DNA of 62,147 nt, the filler included, from Fonticula-like sp. SCN 57-25 (Eukaryota), in assembly GCA_001724245.1 (NCBI GenBank). It is 6 parts of 6 records of this genome, joined end to end, with 100 filler letters (N's around TTAATTAATTAA, not from the genome) between each part and the next. Parts side by side here need not be neighbours in the genome. Positions count along the whole stretch, not along the records: positions 42,290 to 52,177 come from MEDX01000244.1; positions 52,278 to 62,147 come from MEDX01000245.1; 4 more parts are not named here. One strand, given 5' to 3'. The position numbers were made by a program, and so were the translations under genes. Below the pieces are notes generated by a model. The model was given only the letters and a program-made list of their open reading frames with translations. It was not told the origin of the DNA and searched no databases. Positions 48,201 to 58,862 of this stretch are shown here, piece after piece. The stretch's first letter is position 1; each line of letters opens with the position of its first letter.

Positions 48201-48256
48201 GACACTGAAGCCGCCGCGACAAGCGCGAGAAGCGCAGCGATCACCGCCATGCGCAT
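45227..48256 (-). CDS. Single-pass surface receptor: signal peptide, FG-GAP beta-propeller, furin-like Cys-rich repeats, TM, short Tyr-rich tail
   Basis: Repeats of the type LGTSVAMSG...VGAP...GAVFVY; about a dozen CxxCxxxCxxC...CxxC units; TM AAVVFVTLFALLFGIVGYLWW; tail with YDIP, YEKTY and VYEAH; intronless. Confidence 0.88.
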   Translation of the reverse strand: MRMAVIAALLALVAAASVSGAYTGSLATYGTATLSGASGSELGTSVAMSGSLVAVGAPGYASGAGAVFVYSCGLSTCSLATTITAPVNSVNFGTSVSFDGSLLLVGAPRGSAPAPAVGAAILYECLGNATVACTQRELFSGTAVNPAGDIHLGRTVAVSGSYVSYSLPNVAGGSGKRGVVVLARCPLQQASLGCETICQIANPTPNSVFGLSLSLDASSRHAAIGSLQQGLAYLYSWSETGGCQLVSSMTFATPDTTATARFGADDNIAVVGNRVAVGSQATSSATTDAVYVFDCTPTCAIAFKITVPGLVAGDHFGTPVRMSSDYLIVAGAPNSASNNGAAYAFTTTTSGYAQVFEQAGSAASHMGSGVAVSNAFLAVGAPGGLGSMTWYRRSCPSGTFADGSQCTACQDSCASCTGGAATDCTSCAVGHFEVGDGSCSACADANCASCSSAASASCVACLPGSLLLNGACVASCPAGTFAIDGRCASCHSSCASCSSGEEQSCLSCPQTSFLAPTGSCVPCTSPCSSCIGSATTCTTCQPSSPLLFNSTCMSACPSGMFADGRRCTTCDATCATCSDEFTCTSCPPSSSLHLSMCVDTCPEHMFSDPERVCLDCHSSCASCGAAGPAGCLSCNASDKLYQGTCFDACPPGSYQSSADACSSCASTCGTCAGGAADQCLTCAPSLLLFNSTCYAACPAGTYNAGDGTCAVCSSSCATCDGDEEDDCTSCAAPLLLFDGSCLAACPAGSFANDTSCLLCNPSCGTCNGAGADSCLSCPAAMFLWGTQCVYACPRSTYVSGSNCLVCDASCATCNHEGPQGCTTCPPNASYLEHACFTTCPDGTYNSNGFCRDCDDTCATCEDNALNCLTCRGTLLFEVGSCVEYCSDAYYEDGDSCHACGTGCSLCFEADSCVDCYDQTMVITGPNCVYRVDNHVLTQGGTAAVVFVTLFALLFGIVGYLWWQKRAEARRTMGQHLSPMESYDIPLDEAAAYEKTYAVEAQEAQVYEAH

Positions 48257-48843
48257 GGCAACGAGGACCACCGTGCACGGAGAGGAGCCCTGGCCACAAC
48301 CTGTTTCGCGCACCAATCAACGACGAATGCCAACTTTTGGCAGCCAATCAACAACAAGCGCTGACAGAAGAGATTGGATTACGTGACGGCCATATGCCCT
48401 TTATGTTCGAACCCGGTCGCACAAAGTCTTTGAATTTTGAATACCGACGAAGAGCATAGAAATCCATTTCCAAATAATGGGAAAGGTAAAAATATTTGCA
48501 GTGTTTCTGGGGTTGCCATGCCTGTTGCCAACCCTCTGGAATCGCAAATGCATTCACTATTTTACATTAGAGCTTGGTCCAAGACGTGGCTCACGTTGAT
48601 ATTATAACAAGGCCGCCGAAAATGTTTCAAACGTGCATGGACATCCAAGAGCTCTATGCCCATAGGTCGCTTGATCAAACCCATGTCGTGAATCACGATA
48701 TCACGATAGCAAACAATCGATGGATAATATATTGTGCACAAGAGTGCAATGAAAACTACAACCCCAAAAAGAAAAATGAGGCATGGCACTCGTACAATCC
48801 CCAAAAAGAGGAACGAAGAAAACCAGCTACCTAAAATATCACG

Positions 48844-51800
48844 CTACTGAGTCAACTCCATGAGGCGCGCGTTCGCGATAGCGGCATTCGGACGGCGCGC
48901 GATGTCAAGCGCGACGCATTCCTCAACGATGGAGGCGACGGCAATCGACAAGGTGTCGTTGTCATCAATGATAACCTGAAGAGCCTTGCCAGACTCGACC
49001 GCAGACACGACGGCGCTGTCGGGCATCGATCCCCACGGCGGGTTGCCGGAAAGAATCTCGAGCATCACAACACCAAGAGAGTACATGTCGGACGCCTGAT
49101 CGGCGTCAATGGTCGGCGCGTCATCGTTGCCCTGAGACAGACGCGCAACCACCTCGGGTGCAGCATAGCGAACGTTCAGGTTGGACTCGGTCACATAGAG
49201 CGAATACCTAAAGTTACGCGGTCAGTACCAAAGCGCAATAGTGAAGGGGCGTACTCGCTGCGCGCCAGAGAAAAGTGGCCGAGTTGGACAATCGGCGGCG
49301 AAGCGTCAGACGTCGGGGTAACATAGATGCTTGCCGACTGAATGTTGCGGTGCGCAACTCCAAGCGTGTGCGTGGCGTTGACCGCCTGCGCAATGTCGCT
49401 GCAGATCCGAAGAATGCCGGCAATCGGCATCGGGCGCGGGGCCTCGGCAAGGAAGCGCGGCAGATCCCACGGGCACTCGCGCACAATGATCGTGCGAGGC
49501 TCGTCCGTGTACCCAACCAGGCCAACGATGTTGGGGTGGAACGACAGCGACCACAGGATGGACACCTCAAAGTGGAACAGCTCGTCGTTCTCCGCGGCCG
49601 TACGCTCGGGGCGGTCGTTGTAGTCAATGACAACTGCCGACCGGCTGCCGGCGCGCTGCTCGAGACGGTCGTCCAAAATCGATGCGTGGTACATGGTCGC
49701 GGTCGATGACGCCTATCAAAACGTCAGAACACAATGAGCAACAACTAAATGGCGTACATCAACGCGCTCGCCAGGCTGAATCGTCGTCGAGTAGTCCACC
49801 AGGAGGAAACCAGGAAGCGCAATCTCGGCGACCGTGTTCACCACAGTCTTGTCCGCAAACGAAAGATGGGTCGTGCTCTCGGCGTGGCGCATGCTGCCGC
49901 GCGAGCGCGCGAGCGTCTCGCGATACGTGCTCAGCGCCATCTAAAATATCCAGTCAGCAAACAGCCGTCAAGAACAAGCAATGCAACGCACCAGGCCGCC
50001 GGCACCGCCAAACTCTTCCAGACGCTTGTTGGTGGCCTTCTGACGGCGACGGATAACCACAACAACGATGACAATGATAACCAAGAGAACCACCACGGCA
50101 GATGCGCTCGCAGCCGCAATGATGGTGCCGTTCGTGCCGAGGCTGGGGTCCGACACGACGTTGTCGGTCGTCGACAGCGTAGTCAAGATAAGACGAGTGC
50201 CGACCTGCTCTTCGCCGTCCTCGTTGCCGGCCAAAATGAGCACCTCGTACGCGCGGCCCGACTCGAGTTCACCAATCACCGCAGCCGTGTTCTCAGCTGT
50301 TGAAAAGACATCGTCAGCAAAGCACAAACAAACACGGACAGTCGTACTCGAGTTGATGCGCGAGTGCAGAGTAAAGTCGTCGGAAACGGCGCGGGACGGA
50401 ACGACCTCGCGATAGTACACCATGTAGTAAGTCGCATGCGGCGAAGCAGTCCAGCTGAGCGACAACGAGTCCGTCGTCGGCTCATCAAGACGAAGGCCAG
50501 TTGCAGCTGCGAAAAAGCGTCAGATAGAGCTGGCCAACAGCAATGCACGTACGCGTAATGTACGTGTCCACAGTGATCACGGCGCCTCCCTCGGTGTTGT
50601 ACCCATTCTCATCGCCCGACGTGACGCGGAACCGGTAGCTCGTCTTCGGGAACAGGTTCTTCACCTCGATCGTCCGCTCAGTAAAGTCGATAGCCGCTGT
50701 ACATAAACGTTAGCACAGTGTGATACAGCTACTCAGGCGCACTGTTGAGATTGGCAACAACAAATGAGCTTGTTCCCAGCGCCACCTCGGCCATAAAGGT
50801 GACGTTGCCCGTCGAGTTCAGCACGTTCCACGCAAGCACAACCGACGTCGACGTCTTGCTCGTCCACGTCAGGTTGGCAATGTTGTCGTTGCTCTCCACC
50901 GGGATCAGCTCGCACACGTTCGTAAAGCCCTCCTCCCACGTGCCATCTTCTTTGCACTGGCGCGACGGCGGACCGGCGTCAGACTCGCGGTAGCCGTGCG
51001 GGCAGCGGCCAATACTGACCTCGCCGGGCCCCGCAGCAGGGAAGAACGTGTTGCCAACGCTCTCCGTCGGGCAGTCATCGTACTTGATCTGGCACGGGTT
51101 CACGATGGTCGAATTCCACGCTCCAGATAGCAAGCACTGCCGAGTGGGAAGGCCCGTCGTGCCCTCGCGGCACGCGCCCGTGGCAACATTGCCAGCGAGC
51201 GTCTCCGACCACACGGCATCACTCGCAGTGTTCTCCGCGCAATACAGAGCTAAGAATACCTGTGAGCAGCAAAGAAATGCGCAATGCGGCCGTACCTGCG
51301 CACGCGTTGGAGATGGCGCCCCACTGGCCGTTGGCATCGCACTCGCGCGATGGCGAGCCCGAAAAGCCGGCGTTGCAGGTTCCCGACACAGTCGGCGTGA
51401 GCGACGTCGAGAGCGGCCACTGCGCGTTGCCGTCCTCAATGGCGGGGCACGAAAGACCTGCGCAGATCGTGAGCAACAACATAACAGACGCAGTTGAGGC
51501 ATACGAATGCAGCCGTTGGCAACGGCGCCCCACTGGCCTTCAAGCGAGCATTCACGCGACGGACCACCAGCGTATCCAGTGTGGCACACGCCAGCCGCCG
51601 CGCTACCAGCCGACGTCTCGGGCCATTCAGCGTTCTCAAACGTAGCAGACGAGCACCGCAGCGCTAATACCAATCGCGTCAGCACATTCTGCGACATACT
51701 ATTCAATACGTACCAGTGCACGAGCCAACGACTCCCGACCAGCTGCCGTCCATACGGCAGTCGCGCACAAGCGAGCCAGATGTACCGACCGGGCACGTGC

Positions 51801-52177
51801 CAATCACCTCAACCGAGCCAGCATTCGTCTGCGGCCAGGTGCCAGCCGAGCCCTCGTCAACTGCAGGGCACGTGGTGCGAATGCAAGGGTTGGATGTCGC
51901 CGAATAAATGCCGTCCGAAGAGCAGTTGCGGAGCGGTGCGCCCTGCCAGCCGTCAACGCACGTGCCGCGAACGCCGATCGTCATCGAATCGGACTGCGGC
52001 CACTCGGCGTTGTCCGAGACAACCGCATTGCAGCGCAGACGAGTGCAGGTTCCAATCACCGCTTCCCATGAGCCGCTCGAGCTGCACGCGCGCGTCGGGC
52101 GAGTCGAGAACCCAAAGCCCTCAACGCACGATCCAGATGCAACCGAGCCGGGCGTCGTCGAAGGCCACACAATGTTG
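48844..52177 (-). CDS. Receptor-type TKL pseudokinase: at least 7 HRM/sushi-like repeats, 2 FN3, TM, degenerate kinase (5' truncated)
   Basis: Repeats C..NA.WP.T..G....G.C..G..G...R.C...G.W....C; FN3 (VVLAWN, YRFRV; LSWT, YEVLI); TM AVVVLLVIIVIVVVVI-RRR; kinase fold with HPNIV, HRN, GHFSLAR, VRYAAPE and SDMYSLG. Confidence 0.85.
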
Positions 52178-52277
52178 NNNNNNNNNNNNNNNNNNNNNNN
52201 NNNNNNNNNNNNNNNNNNNNNTTAATTAATTAANNNNNNNNNNNNNNNNNNNNNNNNNNNNNNNNNNNNNNNNNNNN
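52178..52277. other. Artificial contig spacer
   Basis: N44-TTAATTAATTAA-N44. Confidence 0.99.
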
Positions 52278-52853
52278 GACGGCCCTCGCTCGCCCGCACG
52301 CCGCCGCCACGCGCAGTAGCGTGAAGCCGTACCGCGCGACGGCGGCGGTGTCGGCGCGCGCGTCGGCGTCCACTGCGCCGGCGTCCAGCAAGAGACGCAG
52401 CACGCCGTCGTCGCCGCGGGCGCAGGCAGTAAGCGCCCACGTCGCAAATGTACTTTCAAGCGGATCGGATACAGCCACGTGAACGGCCGCAGACGCCGAC
52501 GAAAGGATTGAAAAGACACCGCGGCCAACACGCACGAACGGGCGCGCCGACAGGACGGCGGCGTCGATGAGGCGCGCGGCGGGAGAAAGGCCGCTTCGTT
52601 CTTCATCGCGCTTTGATGAGAGGTATTTTATCGCAGTGTACCAGCCGGTCGCCGTGTCCGATAGAACAGAGCTAAACTGGACGTCGCGCGTGGGCTCGCT
52701 CCCATCCGCGTGCAGAGATGACCACCACGCAGAAGAGGGAAGGGGCGGCGGCGGGACAATAACGGCCACCAGGACCGGCAGCACAAGCGACCAAACAAAC
52801 ACCCAGACGAGCGTCCAGTCAACGGACGACGGCTCCGATAAAAGAGGCAACAT
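52278..52853 (-). CDS. N-terminal fragment of a TM-anchored protein with ankyrin-like repeats
   Basis: Hydrophobic segment WTLVWVFVWSLVLPVLVAVIV; ankyrin-like ALTACARGDDGVLRLLLDAGA and TLLRVAAACG; runs off the contig. Confidence 0.5.
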
Positions 52854-53057
52854 TAACAAAAACCGGTAAGAGAGGCGCTCGCGCGCTTTTCATCCAGTAT
52901 ATTTCAGAAGCAGTTAGTAAAGCTCCACACGATTGCGGGGCTCGGCATCAATCCGCCCTCGATGCGCGACCCGCCCCTGACAACACGCAATCAAATACCG
53001 TAACAAGGGAGATTACAATGGTTCAAGTAAGATTAGTATAACCGGTAAATTTCGACA

Positions 53058-53139
53058 GACAACGTGTCCGAGTGGTTAAGGAGACAGACTCGAAATCTGT
53101 TGGGATCTTCCCGCACAGGTTCAAATCCTGTCGTTGTCG
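53058..53139 (+). tRNA. tRNA-Ser(CGA)
   Basis: Acceptor stem GACAACG/CGTTGTC, D loop CCGAGTGGTTAAGG, anticodon arm ACAGA-CTCGAAA-TCTGT, long variable arm, T loop GGTTCAAATCC, discriminator G, downstream T-run. Confidence 0.96.
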
Positions 53140-53264
53140 CCATTTCTTTTGCTTTTTTGTCGAAATCGTCTCTAATGGAAATCGTCTCGGGCAAGTAATT
53201 TCGCAAAGCAGATTCGGGTGTGCGCGAGCTTGACCCGGCACACGAGGGATCCTAGAAGGCAAGC

Positions 53265-53637
53265 ATGCTTGGCCTTATTGCGGGATCGATGCTGCGCGCC
53301 GCGCGCTCTGGCGTCGCGTCGCTGGGCGCGCCCGTTTCGGCGGCCTTTTCCTCTGTTTCTGCTATCCGCCCCGCTGGCACGAGTCTTTTGCTCGGCGGGT
53401 ACGCTCTTTGCCGTGCTCGATCCCGTTCTCTTTTGCTAATGCGCATCGGCATCTGCTAGTCTTGTACGCCCCCTCGCGCCTTTTGCGCGCGCCATGGGTA
53501 CGTTTGGTTCAGAGTACCAGCCCAGCCAGATCAAGAGGAAACGGCGGCATGGCTTCCTCTCGCGCCTCCGGACAAAGAACGGCCGCAATCTGCTCAAGCG
53601 GCGGCGCGCCAAGGGCCGCAAGTTCTTGTCTCACTAG
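53265..53637 (+). CDS. MRPL34: Mitochondrial ribosomal protein L34 (bL34m)
   Basis: Presequence exon, then [44 protein letters not shown]. Confidence 0.95.
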
Positions 53638-53879
53638 CGGGAGGAGAGAATAGGATAGCGGAAAACTTGTATATATTTATATAATACTACTGGTATGTCT
53701 ATATGCTATCCGTTCGCGCGGGATCGTGCCCATGGAGTAGGAGCTGCTGTTGCACGGGCTGGCTGATGCTGCGCGATAACACCAAATTGCAAAAAAGCTG
53801 CAAAAAAGCTGCAAAAAAACTGCAAAAAGAACTACAAAAAACACAATATACAACTAAAAATACCAAGCTCTAGACTGCT

Positions 53880-56396
53880 CTATTCGCTCTCCTGCAGCAG
53901 GATTGCCTGCTTGAGCGCGCGCAAGATCTTTAGCTGCAATCAAAGTGTTAGCATCAGCGCTGTACAAGTAACATTGCGCACAGGTGTGACCGGCTTTGTG
54001 ATGATGACGACATTCGGCCGCTCGACTGCGCGCAGCAGCTCTGTAACAAAGAGAACGCCGGGCCTCTTCTTTTCCATTTCTGCCGCGCCGTCCATCCGCG
54101 CGAGCGCAGCGATCACCGCATCGAGCTGCTGGATCTCGTCGTCGACAACCACCACGTCGTACTCTGCCAAGAGCGCCACCACATTGTCGCGGCTCTGCCC
54201 CTCGAGGACGTGCGGCAGCGTGAGCTCGCGCGCGTCCTTGTCACTCCCGAGCAGCTGATTGGGCGCCGCGCTGCTGACTGCGCAGTGCCACTGCTCCGCC
54301 GCGCGGACAAACTCGACCTCCTCGCGCGACCCCGGCGCCACGAGCAGCAGCAGTCGGCACAGCGCGAGGTCCCGCGACGAGCACTTGCAGAACGCCTGCA
54401 ACAGGGTTGTAGACGGAGAGACGAGCGGCGGCGGGCGCGGCAGCTGGCAGCGCGCGCACGTCCCCGACGCGCCGCTGCTGCTGCACCGGAACTGCCGCAG
54501 CGATTCGGCGCCGGTCGGCTCGCTGAACGATGTGTGCGAAAGGCGGGGAAGCGCGTGACTCGAATTGCGCGAGCGGCCGCCGAGCGAGTCGCGGTAGGAG
54601 CGCAGCGGCGACGCCGGCGGCGTGTCAAACGACGTCTGGCGGGAAAATGACGCGCGAAGCGAGCCGCGGCGGAACCGGTTCACGACAGAAAGCAGTTCGG
54701 AAATGTCGCTGTCGGGCGTCTTGATCGCGTCATACTCTTCCTTGGTGCTAAAAAGAACAAAGTAGAGGAGGACAGATAGAGAAACAAAGATCAGAATACA
54801 GAGACAGATTTCGAATGACATAAAAAAGATATGTTTGCGTACCAGACGGGCAGCACGAGAGCAAACTTGAATGCGTCACCTCGCCCGCCCTGGCCGCGCT
54901 CGATGACCAGCTCGCTCTTGAGCGCACTCAGGAGCCTTGCTGCCAGCATGAGACGCGCCCCGTCGCGCGCCTGAACTTCGCTCGCGCGCGCGGGAAATTC
55001 GTTGGAAAGCGCCGTCTCGACCACGAGGCTATCAAGCACGAAAGAAGCGCCGCCCGCGATAACAAACTCGAGCGCGATCGTCCGCGACGACTCAAAGACG
55101 TCCTTGCACGACACTTGCAGTGAGGTGACGCTCGACAGCGCCGCCCCGACGCTCACATCAAGCAGCTGGAAAAAGAAAAAAAATCATTCAGATAATGTTC
55201 AAATAACGCAACGAAAAGGGGACACAATACCACCCCAGTTTGCAATTCGTACCGTTGTGAGGATTTGCCTGAGGACCGCGTGATGCCCCGTGACGTACTG
55301 GACGTCGGCGGTCATCCTGACGACGAGCGGCGCGCGTCCGCTCTCTGCGAGTGCGCCAATAATGTTGACTGCCTGCTCGACCGTCCCAAACACGTCGAAA
55401 GGCACCGGGTCCGCCATGGCCGCCACCTCTGCCGCGGCCAGTGGCACGAGGCTCGCCGACAGCTCGCGGATGTGCTCTGCGCTTGACCGGATGAGCGCGA
55501 GCAGCTCCCCCTGTGCCTCCTTCGTCGGCCGCGACGCGAGTGCGCCTGTCGCGCGCACGACGGCGTGCGTCAGCGTAGCGGTCTCGGTCTGCAGGAGCGC
55601 CTCAAAGTGCGCTGTGCGTTCGGCCCGCTCGGCGGACGCGCGCATGGCGGCCATGGCGGCGCGCAGCTCGGTGACGAAAAAGAGCGCGATGCTGTACAGG
55701 CCGAGCTGCGCGCCGAGGTAGTGAGCAATTATCGGGCTCACGGCCAAGATGAGCTGCGCGCGGGTGGCCGGCTGGGGAAAGTCGTCGCCCCACCTCATCA
55801 GAGCGTGGCGGAGCGTCGCATCATCGCTGATGAGCATCGCGACGGGGACAAGCGTGCATGCGGCGAGCGACAAGAGGCTGTTGCGCGTGCTCGAAACAAA
55901 GAGGGAGAGGATGGGGAGGAGCTGCACGCACGAGCACACAACGTACAAGAAGGAGCCGCGCGAAAGCAGAAGGATGGTGAGCGTAAAGGCAGGGACAAAA
56001 ATCTATCGCGCCAAATTAGAAAGTGACCATCAAAATATAGTGGCAATAGCCCTCCGTTTTCCGCTCGCGTACCTGACCGCACTGCCGGTACGTGAGCATC
56101 CCTTTATGAATGAAAACGGGGAAAGTCGTCATCACCAAGAACGAGAAGGCCTGCGCAATGACCAGCCCCCATATCGATGCCTCGCCGTAGATCGCCATCG
56201 CTAGTAGCGCGAGAAAGACCATGAAGAGCAGGAAGAGCGAGACATCGATCCAAAAGGTGACAAAGTTGCGGGTGAGCTGATCGAATGTCGACGCATAACG
56301 GGGCTCCCGCGGGGTGACAACCCCGACGGAAACGGCGGCATACTTGAAAGGGATGAACGCCGTGAGATACGAGCGAGATATAAATGATGGCCACAT
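53880..56396 (-). CDS. Multi-TM degenerate hybrid histidine kinase-like protein (HisKA/HATPase-like + receiver-like)
   Basis: Several TM helices; PFDVFGTVEQAV...VTGHHAVLRQILTT-LL; GARLMLAARLL...GRGDAFKFALVLP; C-terminal YDVVVVD...ITKPV; 5 exons. Confidence 0.65.
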
Positions 56397-56815
56397 CTCT
56401 ATCGCGCTGCTGCTCGTCAACGTGTGGCCGACAAGGGGCTATTCATGCGGCTCGATCCCAAAAAGTTGCTGCGCCCCAACGTGCCAACCCACCAAATCGT
56501 GTGCAAACTGAAATCAGTTTGCATTGTGTAGAATTGCATGATCAAGAAGTCATGGAGCGCGCTCGGTTCCCGAGTTGCGGGTAACCATAGGGACGCATGG
56601 GCAGAAAAAAACATAACTGAATACCGTACATCTTTTATTATGCATGCTCCGTCTTCGTGATGCATCACACACAATAATCATTGGAATTCTTTTTCACACA
56701 AAACACATTGTAAACACATCGTAGTTGTAAACATTTTGGTATACCTAGCATTGAAATAGAACTGTTAAAAATGGGGGTTCGGCGCATTACAAAAAATGCC
56801 CAGCTACCGCCAATC

Positions 56816-58137
56816 CTACTCGTCCTTCAAGGATGAGATGCTCCCCCTGTTCACGCGGAGCTTGAGTGTTGCCTTGTTGACGGTGAGCCAGCTGATGACG
56901 CTTTCCAGCGCATCGACGAGTTGGTCAACAACTTCGTCTGTGACCTTGAACGGGTTTCGCCGTCCGCTGCGGTCGACCTCGTGCTGCGCGTGGTGCGCCC
57001 AGCTCGCATTGTTCTTGATCGTGGTGAGGCACCGGCGAATGTCTTCGGGGATGTTGAGCAGGAGGACCTCGGACGCAAACATGCGCGCGCTCGCCAGCGT
57101 CGTCCGGATGGACGGCGTCTCCTGCAGCACGTCCGTGTCCAGGAGGTATGCAGGAAGCGCGGCTTCTACGAGCGTCGCCTTGAGTCGCCCGACGCGCGCG
57201 CACCGCTCCTCGCGCGCCGTCGTTACATCGTCCCAGCCATAGTAGATGCGCTTCTCGGCAAAGGGGCCGCTCCCGTTGCTCGCCGTTGGAGAGTGCGATG
57301 TTGCCCCCCCTGACACGTCCTCGCCGTACGGGACTGCGCGGACCATGCGCGGCTGCGCGGCCACGGCCGCCTGCAGCGTGCCCTGCGGCGACTGCACAGA
57401 GACAAGCGCCGGCCCATAGTTGAACGGGTACGGAAAGTACATGGCCGTCGCGGGGCCCGCCGCCTGCACGCCGTCGTCCCCGCCGTTCAGCTCACGCTCG
57501 TCAGGCTCGCGCCAGCGCTGCACCTGCGCGGCGGGGGGCGCGTAGTGGCCCGCAATGTACGCGCGCGGGGGGGCGCTCATTGGCGCCGCCTGGCGCGGAC
57601 CGAGAACGTACGGGCCGGCAGAAGGGTCGATCGAGTACTCGCCGCCGCTCGCAGAGGGCTCCAGCCAAACAATACCAGCAGAAAGCCCTTTCGAGCTGCT
57701 CTCCGTGAGGAAGCGCACTCGCTGGCCAACTATCAGAGACTCAAAGCTCCTGAGGGCGCGAAAACAACCCAGAAATGATGAAAAATCGTTAGCAAAAAAA
57801 AACGAGGCAGGGGGCTCAAAATGCTGCGGAAAACGCATTTAAACACAATGGGAGGCTGCGCGTGGTCGAGGAGCGCAGCCCATGATTTCCCGCCCTCGTT
57901 TTTCCGATTCCACGCGCGTACCGAGCGTCCTGGATCTGCCGCGCATGGAAAAAAATCTGCTGCTGAAAATCCTGGGATGTGATAAAACCGTAGCCCTTTT
58001 GAGGAAATAGCTTGTCAATGCTTCCAAAGCTGCGCGGCGCACCGTGTAGAGCGTCAGAATCGGGCGGAGAAAAAAGAAAGAGGCGGAGGGCCAAGGGTTG
58101 GGAGCGCGCACCTAAAATTTGCGGTTCCCGTCTCCAT
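56816..58137 (-). CDS. Cold-shock-domain protein with C-terminal helical (HEPN/DUF4145-like) domain
   Basis: Spliced CSD GSIDKLFPQKGYGFIT...IFFHARQIQ...FESLIVGQRVRF...KGLSA (RNP1/RNP2); Pro/Tyr-rich linker; C-terminal LTTIKNNASWAHH. Confidence 0.75.
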
Positions 58138-58862
58138 AGTTCCAAACATTTAACTTGGCCTCGCCGACTAGGATCTGCCTTTCGGTGCACTATTTGGGTC
58201 CCGCTGAGAGAGCCTGTGTACCGCAGACGATGCTCCGGCTTGCCTTTTTTAAAGATGCCTTGAAGAAAACGATTTGCCTTCTTTACCGTTTCGAAGGTTG
58301 CGCCAGCAGCCCCTTACGCTCAAGGTAGGACGGGAAGCGCAGCAGCTCCGAGCGCGATTCTTGCCGGTCTGCTCGTGGGGGCTCCTTCGGGTGTAGAAAG
58401 GGTTGTTTTGTTACAAACCAAACCTTTGGCCCCTTCCTTCCTTCTCTCGCAACCCCCCTTTCTCTTTGTTCGGGGCTGCCCTCAAATTGGCGGGAATTAT
58501 CAATCGAAGCCCACATTTCAGAAACATTTCGTACCACAATATTAGATGCTTCCTAATGCGGCAGCAAGTCTCCTTTTTCGGTAACTTTTGACCGCAATTC
58601 GATTCCTTAATCAAGTCGATCCAGCCAATCGCCACGGGGAGCGATTTAGTTTCGAAAACGCCACGTTTCGGGTTTTCATGGCTTTACGGGAATTACCGAT
58701 GTGTTTCGGGATTTCCTGATCTTTACCGTAAAGTTCAAGATTACCGAATCATACCTGCCGCCCCGGGCGTTCCTGATCACCACCGCCGCACCTAGGCTAG
58801 CGTCAGCGCGGGGTCAAAGGCGCATCGAGCTGGTCGTAGGAGAGCAGGGTTGCGGGCGGACA

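Noticed and set aside
10138-52277. Five regularly spaced TTAATTAATTAA palindromes within N runs
   Set aside because: Artificial six-frame-stop linkers used to concatenate contigs; no biology, and no cross-spacer synteny can be inferred.
58680-58750. Clustered TTACCG/TTACGG motifs between the divergent CSD and STRIP genes
   Set aside because: Could be transcription-factor sites, but too short and irregular to distinguish from chance without statistics.
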